From: Candidatus Omnitrophota bacterium
GTDB lineage: Bacteria; Omnitrophota; Gorgyraeia; JAHIPI01
Assembly (NCBI GenBank): GCA_016783745.1
Contig: JADHVZ010000004.1
Span: 3,544 to 67,543, forward strand
DNA: 64,000 bases
Direction: 5' to 3'
Shown: piece by piece, positions 19,679-28,764 of the stretch
Layout of the letters: every line of letters begins with the position of its first letter
Numbering within the stretch: position 1 is the stretch's first letter
Position numbers and translations under genes: made by a program
The notes under the pieces: generated by a model
Told to the model about the DNA's origin: nothing
Database searches by the model: none
The model's input: only the letters and a program-made list of their open reading frames with translations

Positions 19679-20953
19679 ATGATAATTTTTATCCTAAGAC
19701 GCTATAACGATATAGACCATATGGTGCCGGTTATCTATAAAACAGCAATGAATAAAGATGTGCCTATCGCGGCTTTGTGCATTGAGCCGACCTACGATAT
19801 CGCTTCCGACAGCCGTTTGAAATTCCTCAGAGAAAAGTGCGGGGTAAGGGTCGACTATATCTACAGGTTTTATCAGCCATCTTTGCTTCATAAGCTGGTT
19901 TCGCGGATGATCTGCGTAAGTGGCAAAAATTTATTTACTAAAATTTATCTCAGATTCTTCCAGAAATGGGTTTATGATGGGATCGCCAAGCCGTTTTTCT
20001 TTAACCGGAGATGGACAGAAGCGTTTTACAGGAATAAGGGGGTCACTATCGCCGTCTTCGATTACGCGAAGCTCCATCAATCTATTATCGGGGTTCTCAT
20101 GAAAGCCGCCCGGGCTTGTAACGTGCGGACTATTGCGATACCCCACGGCTTGAAAATATGGTCTAGTGAATCGATCAACGGTGATAGTGACAACACCATA
20201 AAGGGTTTTCACGAGCTGCTGCCATTCGATCATTTTATTTTAAGCAATAATCTATCAAAAGACATATATTATTACGAGGGCAAAGGAATGCCGGCTGAGA
20301 AAATGCGCGTTATAGGAAGCGCCAGATATTGCCCGGAGTGGAATAGGATGTGCCGGGAGATATACCCGGAATACAGGCAGCAACGGACTAAAAACGGAAA
20401 AAAACTCAAGGTTGTATATTTCGAGGGCGGAGATAGGTTTGTCCGCAGTAACGATATGATCATAAGAACTTTGAAGTCGATCAACAATTTGGAATTCGTG
20501 GATATGGTCGTGCAGCCGAGGACAAGGAGCGGCAGCCTGTCTTTTAATGAAATGAGAGGCTCTATGAACATTAATTCTGCCGTTCCGGCATACAGCCTTT
20601 GCAGATGGGCCGACGTTGTTATAGTGGGCATAACAAGCGTGTTCATGGAGGCCTTTTGCCAGGGCAAGACGGTGATTTTTCCGAAATATCTGCATACCAG
20701 GCCTACTATATTCGAAGAGAGGAAGGTAGGCTGGGTCATTGATAGCTATGATGAGCTTGAAAACGCCTTGAGGATTCTAAGGGGTAACCCGAGGTACAGG
20801 CCCTATTCCGAAGAAGATATGGAAAGTTTCTTTACTGAAATAGTCGAAGGCGGAGTAAGAAAACGCGATGTATTAAGCGGTTACAAGGATTTTATTTTAT
20901 CCTTAAACCGCCGGTATCCGGAGGAGAAAAAGATAGAATATGCCAGCGTCTAA
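19679..20953 (+). CDS. GT-B fold protein, probable ulosonyl/polyol-phosphate transferase
   Basis: IPHG, VIGSARY, ADVVIVGITSVFMEA pattern typical of GT-B / CDP-glycerol-transferase-like proteins in neu loci. Confidence 0.5.
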   Translation: MIIFILRRYNDIDHMVPVIYKTAMNKDVPIAALCIEPTYDIASDSRLKFLREKCGVRVDYIYRFYQPSLLHKLVSRMICVSGKNLFTKIYLRFFQKWVYDGIAKPFFFNRRWTEAFYRNKGVTIAVFDYAKLHQSIIGVLMKAARACNVRTIAIPHGLKIWSSESINGDSDNTIKGFHELLPFDHFILSNNLSKDIYYYEGKGMPAEKMRVIGSARYCPEWNRMCREIYPEYRQQRTKNGKKLKVVYFEGGDRFVRSNDMIIRTLKSINNLEFVDMVVQPRTRSGSLSFNEMRGSMNINSAVPAYSLCRWADVVIVGITSVFMEAFCQGKTVIFPKYLHTRPTIFEERKVGWVIDSYDELENALRILRGNPRYRPYSEEDMESFFTEIVEGGVRKRDVLSGYKDFILSLNRRYPEEKKIEYASV

Positions 20954-22089
20954 AAAGAACAATAAATTGGTGAATGATCTGGAATTGCTCAAGATCATGT
21001 TGGGAGATATGCAGAATGCCCCGGGACTTTTCCAGCCCACAAGCTTCTGGAGATACCATGAAAGATATCATGTTCCGTGGCTTAAGAGTTCCGATTTGAA
21101 TAATTTCAGGAGCATAGCCGGCGGCGGAAACAGTAGTTTCGGAGCCAATTTTTACGGGCACTATCCCTTTGATCCTGTGACGATCGAAAAAATGCCTCAC
21201 TCCGTACGGGCGATGGGGAATATCATTAATAGGTTTTCGCGGCATATAAAGCCCCTCATGTTTTTTAACCCGGAGATCGTCTCTCTACTGTACCGCCGGC
21301 TGCGAAAGACACAGAAGATGCTTGAAAATCTTGCGTATTATTCTGCCGGATTGATCGACGGAGACGGGACCTTGGGCAGGATCGAAGATTCGGGATTGGG
21401 AAATCCGACCGATCTGATAATTATCGACGGGAAAAAATATACCAATGTGTTTTTAAAGTATTTTTCGCAATACGTTTACGCGAAGAAGTTTATCGATTTT
21501 AACGGCATAAAAAGCATTTTTGGAGATCGGCTCCGGATACGGCGGACAGGCAGAGATGTTATTAAAGGCACACCCGCATCTTAATATTTGCGTTATTGAT
21601 ATTCCTCCGCAGTTGTATGTTACCGAGCAATACCTAAGCGCCTGTTTCAAAGGACAAGTGTGCGGCTATAGAGCCTTGAGGGGGATGAATAAGATAGGGC
21701 GTGATATTTTTGATAAATACAGCATTGTAGCCCTGGCGCCGTGGCAGTTAGACTATATTGACGGTGTATCCTTCGATTTATTCTGGAATTCCGCGTCTTT
21801 TCAGGAGATGGAGCCCCCGGTAGTGGAAAATTACGCAAAATATATACAAAAGATGGTTTCAAAATGGCTTTATCTGCGAAACCAGCCGGATGGAAGTTCT
21901 ATAGTGGAGGGCCGGAAGAAAAACGTGGAGGCGCAAACCCGCATGGAGCACTATGTGAAGTTTTTCTCTGATTTTGAGCTTGTTGACCGAAGTCCTTCAA
22001 AAGTGATTCCTAATATTGCCTCAGGCGAAAGATATGACAACATGATTTTCAGGCGGAAGGCGCCTAAGGGCGGGGAGCGCGAAACATGA
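20940..22089 (+). pseudogene. Putative sugar O-methyltransferase split by a single extra base
   Basis: ORFs 20940-21584 and 21520-22089 join into IKSILEIGSGYGG...IDIPPQL...NSASFQEM if one base is removed at the T5/GG run (21517-21523). Confidence 0.8.
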
Positions 22090-22583
22090 TCGATAAGGAT
22101 CAGTTAGTTTTAAGGTTGAAAAAAATCAAGCTTGTAGCCCTGGATGTGGATGGCGTGCTTACGGACGGGCGGGTTTATTTAGATGCCGACGGCCGGGAAA
22201 CACGGGCCTTTAATTTCAAGGATATCATGGGCATATCCCGCCTAAAAAAAAGAGGCGTCAAGGTAGCGTTAATATCGGGAGAAAAAAACGCTGTTATTGA
22301 CCGGTTCTGCCGGAAGCTCGGCATAGAAAAAAACTATCAGAACTGCAGGGAAAAGGATAAGGCTATTGATGAGCTCACGGATTATTACAAGCTGAAGCCA
22401 GAGGATATATGTTTCATAGGTGATGATATTAATGATATCCCCGTTTTTAAGAAGGTAGGCCTGGCCGTAGGCGTGTCCAACGGCTGGGAAGGTATAATGG
22501 GCAGCGCGCATATAGTTACGAAAAATAAAGGGGGAAACGGCGCTGTCAGGGAGATTTGCGAGTTAATCATAGCTAACATATGA
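22086..22583 (+). CDS. KdsC/YrbI-family HAD phosphatase (ulosonate-phosphate phosphatase)
   Basis: LDVDGVLTDG, IGDDINDI, GGNGAVRE. Confidence 0.9.
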   Translation: MIDKDQLVLRLKKIKLVALDVDGVLTDGRVYLDADGRETRAFNFKDIMGISRLKKRGVKVALISGEKNAVIDRFCRKLGIEKNYQNCREKDKAIDELTDYYKLKPEDICFIGDDINDIPVFKKVGLAVGVSNGWEGIMGSAHIVTKNKGGNGAVREICELIIANI

Positions 22584-22593
22584 GGATCGCGTT

Positions 22594-23382
22594 ATGAAAG
22601 TTTTGTGTGTGATTCCTGCCCGCGGCGGCTCGAAGACTGTGCCAAAAAAGAACCTGGTGGAAATAGGCGGAAAATCGCTGCTTTATTACGCGGCGGAATG
22701 CGTGAAAAACTCGAAGGTTATTGAGCGGACAGTGCTTTCAACTGATTCCGGCGAGATAGCCGCGCAGGCCCGGTCTTTGGGGCTGGAAGTCCCGTTTATG
22801 CGGTCGGCGGAATTGGCCACGGACGAGACTACGGATTGGCCCGTTTTCAACCATTGCATGGAATGGCTGAAAGATAATGATAGATATGTTCCTGATATTG
22901 TTGTCCATTTGCGGGTGACTTCACCTTTTGCTTTTAAAATGCACGGTGGACCGACAGGCGATTTTTCACGTAATTGGATATGCGTCAAAAGAGAAGAGAT
23001 CATAGATGGGGTTGTAAATATGCTGGCTGAGAGGCCGGAACTAGATTCTGTGAGGACTGTAGAACTTGTCCGGAGTACGCCTTATAAAATGTGGCGTATG
23101 GAGGGAGGAGTAATAAAGCCTGTTATCCGGACAAGCGAAAAAGAGATCTATAATCAGCCCAGGCAAAAGATACCGCCGGCCTACCTCCAGAACGGGTATG
23201 TGGACGCGGCGCGTTATTCAACTATTATGCGAAAGAAATCAATGAACGGCGAAACAATAGGCGGCTACGTGCTCGATTGCGATTATTTTGTGGACATTGA
23301 CGGATATGCCGATATTGAACTGGGAGATCTGATCTACCGCCAGCTTATGGAGGAGGAGAGCGTAGATGAGTATAAAAGATAA
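22594..23382 (+). CDS. neuA: CMP-nonulosonate synthetase paralogue with internal insertion
   Basis: IPARGGSKTVPKKN, LRVTSP followed by a ~20-aa insert, QNGYVD, VDID. Confidence 0.85.
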   Translation: MKVLCVIPARGGSKTVPKKNLVEIGGKSLLYYAAECVKNSKVIERTVLSTDSGEIAAQARSLGLEVPFMRSAELATDETTDWPVFNHCMEWLKDNDRYVPDIVVHLRVTSPFAFKMHGGPTGDFSRNWICVKREEIIDGVVNMLAERPELDSVRTVELVRSTPYKMWRMEGGVIKPVIRTSEKEIYNQPRQKIPPAYLQNGYVDAARYSTIMRKKSMNGETIGGYVLDCDYFVDIDGYADIELGDLIYRQLMEEESVDEYKR

Positions 23383-24193
23383 GTTTGATATAAAAGGCAG
23401 GGTCGCGGTTATAACGGGCGGCGCGGGGCTATTGGGCAAAGAATTCGCCAGGACATTGCTTGAGTACGGAGGAAAGGTCGTTATGGCGGATATCGCGCGC
23501 GATAGAGGCGCGGCCGCGCTTAAAGAGATCGGGCAAGGATCTAAAGGCGACATTGTCTATGAGTATGTCGATGTCAGCTCCAAAGATTCGGTTGAGAAGA
23601 TGGCGCAGTCCGTTAAAAAGCGTTTCGGAAAGGTGGACATATTGATCAATTGCGCGGCGCTCGATCCTAAATTCGAAGCCGGCGATATGGAAAAACACGG
23701 CTATGCATTCGAAGATTATCCGTTGGAGTCATGGGAAAGAGCGGTATCCGTCAATCTAACGGGCGCCTTTTTATGCTGTCAGGTGATCGGCCGGATCATG
23801 ATATCTCAGGAGAAAGGCGTTATTGTGAACGTCGCCTCTGAGATCGGTATGATCGCTCCTGACAATAGGATCTATATTAAAAAGGCGGAACCGGAAAAGA
23901 AAAGATTTAAACCGATCGACTATCCTGTCACAAAAGCGGCGCTTATACATCTTTCGAGGTATCTCGCGTCTTATTGGGGAGATAAGAATATTCGAGTCAA
24001 TACGCTGACACCGGCAACTGTTTATACAGATCAGGATGATGAGTTGGTGAAAAACATCTCTTACAGGGCGATCCTCGGCAGGATGTCCGATAAAAACGAA
24101 TTCTGCGGGGCGCTGATATTCTTGGTCTCTGACGCCTCAAGTTATATGACGGGCGCGAACCTCGTAGTGGACGGCGGCAGGACGGCTTGGTAG
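23366..24193 (+). CDS. SDR oxidoreductase (PtmA-like)
   Basis: TGGAGLLG, INCAA, YPVTK, IRVN, YMTGANLVVDGG. Confidence 0.88.
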   Translation: MSIKDKFDIKGRVAVITGGAGLLGKEFARTLLEYGGKVVMADIARDRGAAALKEIGQGSKGDIVYEYVDVSSKDSVEKMAQSVKKRFGKVDILINCAALDPKFEAGDMEKHGYAFEDYPLESWERAVSVNLTGAFLCCQVIGRIMISQEKGVIVNVASEIGMIAPDNRIYIKKAEPEKKRFKPIDYPVTKAALIHLSRYLASYWGDKNIRVNTLTPATVYTDQDDELVKNISYRAILGRMSDKNEFCGALIFLVSDASSYMTGANLVVDGGRTAW

Positions 24194-24219
24194 GGATTAC
24201 GTAGGGAAATGCCGGGTTA

Positions 24220-24347
24220 GGTTTACGGTTTTCGGTTCACGGTTTACGGAAAATCCAATGGGATTTAAAAAACCGTACACCGTAAACCGTACACCGTAAA
24301 CCGTACACCGTAAACCGTACACCGTAAACCGTACACCGTAAACCGTA
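24220..24347. repeat. Heptamer-repeat hairpin: (GGTTTAC)-like arm, inner stem, 5.5 x AACCGTACACCGTA
   Basis: 24220-24249 GGTTTACGGTTTTCGGTTCACGGTTTACGG; AAATCC-aatg-GGATTT at 24251-24266; exact 14-bp tandem array at 24271-24347. Confidence 0.95.
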
Positions 24348-24362
24348 AGTGAGATATTCAAA

Positions 24363-25286
24363 ATGAACAACATAACAATCGGCATCATGCAGGGTCGGCT
24401 GATGCCTCCGGTCAACGGTCAGCTGCAGGCATTTCCGGGAAAGGGGTGGGAGAAGGAATTTTCCCGGGCCGGCCTGTGCGGGTTGGACACGATCGAATTC
24501 ATTTTTGACACGGATGAAGAATATAATCCGCTTCACGATGACGAAAAAATCGAACGGATCCGGGAATTATCGAGGGATCATAGGATCAAGGTATCCTCCG
24601 TATGCGCCGATTACTTTATGAGGAGAGGCTTCCTGCGGGTGGCTGACGAGGAGCGTAAGAAAAATGTGGAAATGCTCCGGAAGCTGACTTTAAGATGCGA
24701 TAAAATCGGTATCCGGTATATCGTAATACCGTTTGTGGATGAATCCGAAATAAAAACGGCTGAAGAGCTGTATATAGTACGGGACGCATTGATCGAAGCG
24801 CTTGACGGCACAAAAGGGTGCGATGTCTATTATGCGCTTGAGATGTCGCTTCCGGCCGAGAGAATCGTCCCGTTTCTGAAGGAGGCCGGCCACCCTCGGT
24901 TGAAGATCAATTATGATACGGGAAACTCAACGGCCCTCGGTTATGATCTAGCCTCCGAAATAGAGCAGCTGGCTCCGTGGATCGTGGATGTGCATATTAA
25001 GGACAGGAAGGTGGGCGGAGGAAGTTGTATCCTCGGAGAAGGCGATACTGACTTTGACGGTGCGTTTAGGGCGTTGGCCGGGATCGGCTTCCGCGGCCCG
25101 TATATCATCCAGGCGCAGCGCACCGGAAACGAGGCCAAACTCGCAAAGCGCTATCTGGGGTTCGTGAAAAATATGATCTCTCGCTCGCGCAGAGCATACA
25201 GCTCTCATTCTGTCTCCAAGGGGAGTTTCCCCTTAACCGTAAACCGTGAACCGAAAACCGATAACCGAAAACCGAGAACCGAATAA
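24363..25286 (+). CDS. Sugar-phosphate isomerase/epimerase (xylose isomerase-like TIM barrel)
   Basis: IGIMQGRL, SSVCADYFM, ALE, NYDTGN, VHIKD, LGEG; the last ~17 aa are translated repeat. Confidence 0.85.
   Translation: MNNITIGIMQGRLMPPVNGQLQAFPGKGWEKEFSRAGLCGLDTIEFIFDTDEEYNPLHDDEKIERIRELSRDHRIKVSSVCADYFMRRGFLRVADEERKKNVEMLRKLTLRCDKIGIRYIVIPFVDESEIKTAEELYIVRDALIEALDGTKGCDVYYALEMSLPAERIVPFLKEAGHPRLKINYDTGNSTALGYDLASEIEQLAPWIVDVHIKDRKVGGGSCILGEGDTDFDGAFRALAGIGFRGPYIIQAQRTGNEAKLAKRYLGFVKNMISRSRRAYSSHSVSKGSFPLTVNREPKTDNRKPRTE
25218..25283. repeat. Small hairpin followed by a degenerate AACCGnn heptamer array
   Basis: AAGGGGA-gtt-TCCCCTT (25218-25234), then AACCGTA AACCGTG AACCGAA AACCGAT AACCGAA AACCGAG AACCGAA; 25237-25260 is the exact reverse complement of 24226-24249. 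Confidence 0.93.
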
Positions 25287-25293
25287 GGATAAT

Positions 25294-26331
25294 ATGAAGA
25301 TACTAATGGCAGGGCTGGGGTCTATCGGCCAGCGGCACCTGCGGAATATACTGTCTATTTTAGGGGAAGATGCTGAGATAAGCGCATACAGGGTCCGTAA
25401 GGGGCAGGAGGTGTTTACCGATAAGCTGTCAGTTTTAAAAGGCGCCCGGCTGGAGGAAGAATATAAATTCAGGTCTTTTGATTCTCTGGACGAGGCGCTT
25501 GCCGGTTCTCCTGAAGCGGTGTTTATTTGCAATCCGACCAGTATGCATATACCGGTCGCGCTGGCCGCCGCGAAAAAGGGCTGCCACCTCTTTATCGAAA
25601 AACCGCTTTCGCATGATCTCGAGGGAATTGAAGAGCTTGAGTCTATTGTCAGGGAGAAGGGCCTGACGGCGCTGGTGGGTTTCCAGCTGCGTTTCCACCC
25701 GTGCTATTTGAAATTAAAAGAGCTGATAGCGGAGGAAAGGGCCGGCAATATTTTATCGGCCTTCATAGAGGTAGGCGAATTTCTCCCCGCATGGCATAAA
25801 TGGGAGGACTACCGAAGGATGTATGCCTCACGAAAAGACCTGGGCGGAGGCGTTGTACTGACTCAGATACACGAAATCGACTACGCGATGGACATTTTCG
25901 GAGCGCCGCAGCGCATATGCGCTGCCGGCGGACATTTGAGCTCCCTCGATATCGACGTCGAAGATACCGTTGACGCGCTCATGGAATTTTCGCACAAAGG
26001 GAGGAGGCTGCCGGTCAGTTTTCATATGGATTATCTGCAGAGGCCCCCAAGGCGGGGATGCAGGATAATCGGGGAAGACGCGATTATCGCAATGGATTTG
26101 GTTGCGCAGAATGTAGTTATAATCAATAGTGACGGCAAAGAGGAGAGGTTCGAATACGGTGACTTTTCGAGAAATCAGCTATTTATAGATGAAATAAAAC
26201 ATTTCTTCGCATGTATCCGGGCCGAGGAGAAGCCGCTGGTCGACATATCAACGGCGCTTCAAGGGATGAAGACAGCCATGGCCGTCAAGGAATCGATGAA
26301 TAAGAGAAAAAAGGTATTATTGAAATTTTAA
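25294..26331 (+). CDS. Gfo/Idh/MocA oxidoreductase (PtmF-like)
   Basis: GLGSIGQRH, FIEKP, GGGVVLTQIHEID; ATG 25294 follows AAGGA. Confidence 0.88.
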   Translation: MKILMAGLGSIGQRHLRNILSILGEDAEISAYRVRKGQEVFTDKLSVLKGARLEEEYKFRSFDSLDEALAGSPEAVFICNPTSMHIPVALAAAKKGCHLFIEKPLSHDLEGIEELESIVREKGLTALVGFQLRFHPCYLKLKELIAEERAGNILSAFIEVGEFLPAWHKWEDYRRMYASRKDLGGGVVLTQIHEIDYAMDIFGAPQRICAAGGHLSSLDIDVEDTVDALMEFSHKGRRLPVSFHMDYLQRPPRRGCRIIGEDAIIAMDLVAQNVVIINSDGKEERFEYGDFSRNQLFIDEIKHFFACIRAEEKPLVDISTALQGMKTAMAVKESMNKRKKVLLKF

Positions 26332-26344
26332 AAAAGGAGGCATT

Positions 26345-27214
26345 ATGAAGAGGGAAGTGAAGCTCGGCGATACATGGGTGGGGAGCGGACATCCATGTTT
26401 CTTTACCGCAGAGATAGGGATCAATCACAACGGCGATATAGCGATAGCAAAGAAACTTATTGATGTGGCAATACTTACGGGATGCAATGCCGTAAAGTTT
26501 CAGAAAAGGACGATCGAGGTCGTGTATTCGCCGGAAGATCTTGACCGTCCGAGGGAAAATCCGTTCGGGCCGACCAACAGGGATTTAAAGAGAAACCTCG
26601 AATTCGGAAAGAAAGAATATGAACAGATCGATAGGTATTGCAAAGAAAAAGGTATTATGTGGTATGCCTCCTGCTGGGATGAGCAATCGATCGACTTCAT
26701 GGAGGAGTTTGATCCGCCTTGTTATAAAATAGCTTCAGCTTCGCTTACCGATGATGACCTTCTTCGTCATACCCGCAAAACCGGCAAGCCGATAATACTA
26801 TCTACGGGCATGTCGTCTATGGGTCAGATCTACCACGCCGTAGAAGTGCTTGGAGAAGAAGGCCTAGTCATCATGCATTGCACTAGCACGTATCCGTCAA
26901 AACCCGATGAGTTAAACCTGAGGATGATAGAGACGCTTCATAGAGAGTTTAAGTGTCCTATCGGTTACTCCGGACACGAAGTCGGCCTGATGACTACTTT
27001 GGCCGCAAAGGTATTAGGGGCATCTATGCTTGAGCGCCATATAACGTTGGACCGCGCGATGTGGGGAAGCGACCAGGCGGCCTCGGTAGAATCTCACGGA
27101 ATGATGAGGTTGATCAAAGACATCCGTTCCGTGGAATCGGCGCACGGTGACGGCGAGAAGATCATTTATGAGAGCGAGATGCCTATTATGAAGAAGCTGC
27201 GAAGAAAAGGATGA
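26345..27214 (+). CDS. neuB: NeuB-family synthase #4, short form without SAF domain
   Basis: AEIGINHNGD, KFQKRT, KIASA, GYSGHE, ERHITLDRAMWGSDQAAS. Confidence 0.92.
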   Translation: MKREVKLGDTWVGSGHPCFFTAEIGINHNGDIAIAKKLIDVAILTGCNAVKFQKRTIEVVYSPEDLDRPRENPFGPTNRDLKRNLEFGKKEYEQIDRYCKEKGIMWYASCWDEQSIDFMEEFDPPCYKIASASLTDDDLLRHTRKTGKPIILSTGMSSMGQIYHAVEVLGEEGLVIMHCTSTYPSKPDELNLRMIETLHREFKCPIGYSGHEVGLMTTLAAKVLGASMLERHITLDRAMWGSDQAASVESHGMMRLIKDIRSVESAHGDGEKIIYESEMPIMKKLRRKG

Positions 27215-28764
27215 GTTTTGTGAAAGATAAGACGATTTTAATCGCGCTGAATCACGGCATATCGGTCAGGAACATCCTGCAGACGGATATATTCCGCATT
27301 TTACAGAAAAGCGGCATAAAGATCGTCATCCTGACGCCGAATGCTGAAAATGAATCCTTCCGGCGGATGTATAAATCGGATAACGTCTATTTTGAAAAAT
27401 TGAACTGGGATAAGTATGATGCCTATTTTCGGCGTTCTAGATTGCAGCCGAGGCTGAAGTGTGTCCGGTGGTTTACCCTAAACGGGCGCTACGATCTTAC
27501 AACCATTTCCGACTGGTATGAAAAGGTGCATAAAAAACAAAGGAACTCCTCGACGGCTCGCCATAAAATCGTGAATTTAGTTGAGGATAGTTTGATCCGT
27601 TTGCTTAGATCAAGCAGTATCTTAAGAAAGATATTTATTCGCCTCGAATCATTATTTTTCTCACCCCCATACCATAGAGATATTTTTTTAAGGCATAAAC
27701 CAGATTGGGTCCTTGTAACGAGCTTAGGCTTCTTTGACTATGATCAGTATATTATGAGGGAAGCTAAAAAGCACGGAGCCAAGCTTATATCTTATATTTT
27801 AAGCTGGGACAATACGTCAACACGCGGCATCGGCGCAGAATTTCCGGACGAGGTAATCGCCTGGACGGACATTATGAAGAAAGAGCTTATACAACTTCAC
27901 GATATTAAACCGGAAAAGATTTTTGTGGGAGGGGTAGCCCATTACGACCATTATTACCACAGGGAATCGATTTATGAGCGAAGGGATTTTTTGTCGAGAT
28001 TCAATCTATCCGAAGGGAGAAAACTCATATTTTTCGCCACAAAATCTCCGACAGGCTTTCCCTGGAACCCGGACATCGTAGAGATAATCGCCGAAGCTAT
28101 ACAAAACGATGTATTTGCATATCCCTGCCAATTACTGATCCGGCTCCACCCTATTCATTTTCGCCGCGCCGGAGGGGAACTGAGATTTAAAGATTTTTTC
28201 GACCGCTATGATAAGATCTCGCGTAGATATAAGCATGTGTCCTTCAATATACCGCATATAAGATCAAAGGAAATAGCCTTTGATCTGCCGAAGAGCGAAT
28301 TATATGATGTGGCGTCGCTGCTTCATTACTCTGATGTGATGCTGAACGTATTTTCTACGATGAATCTTGAAGCGAGCATATTCGATACGCCTATTATCAA
28401 TGTGTGCTTTGAAGGTGAAAGGGCCGGGCAATATGGCAATACACCCAGGGTCAATATCAACATCGACGAAATGCAGACTCATAACCAGCGGATTGTGAAG
28501 ACCGGCGGCATAAGGCTTGCGCGCAGTAAAAGAGAATTAGTAGATCTGATCAATATGTATCTTAAGAATCCTGAAATGGACATGGAGGGCAGGGCGAAAA
28601 TCGTCAGGGATGAATGCGGTCCTAATCAGGGCCGCGCAGGATTTATCATAGGAAAGCATATATCAAAACTGCTGGGCAGCGAAACAGGAGTGGGCGAAAT
28701 AAATGCAGACGGATTACCCGTAAGGAAAGAAGAGAGATGTGCCGATGCTTTTAACAAAAGATAA
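27211..28764 (+). CDS. GT-B / CDP-glycerol-transferase-like protein, probable ulosonyl transferase
   Basis: SWDN, IRLHP, SDVMLNVFSTMNLEA; follows neuB #4. Confidence 0.55.
   Translation: MSFVKDKTILIALNHGISVRNILQTDIFRILQKSGIKIVILTPNAENESFRRMYKSDNVYFEKLNWDKYDAYFRRSRLQPRLKCVRWFTLNGRYDLTTISDWYEKVHKKQRNSSTARHKIVNLVEDSLIRLLRSSSILRKIFIRLESLFFSPPYHRDIFLRHKPDWVLVTSLGFFDYDQYIMREAKKHGAKLISYILSWDNTSTRGIGAEFPDEVIAWTDIMKKELIQLHDIKPEKIFVGGVAHYDHYYHRESIYERRDFLSRFNLSEGRKLIFFATKSPTGFPWNPDIVEIIAEAIQNDVFAYPCQLLIRLHPIHFRRAGGELRFKDFFDRYDKISRRYKHVSFNIPHIRSKEIAFDLPKSELYDVASLLHYSDVMLNVFSTMNLEASIFDTPIINVCFEGERAGQYGNTPRVNINIDEMQTHNQRIVKTGGIRLARSKRELVDLINMYLKNPEMDMEGRAKIVRDECGPNQGRAGFIIGKHISKLLGSETGVGEINADGLPVRKEERCADAFNKR

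Noticed and set aside
24271-24347. CRISPR array
   Set aside because: Head-to-tail 14-bp units with no unique spacers and no cas genes.
24197-24536. Minus-strand ORFs with TVYGVRF/YGLRC repeats
   Set aside because: Translations of the tandem DNA repeat; no independent coding evidence.
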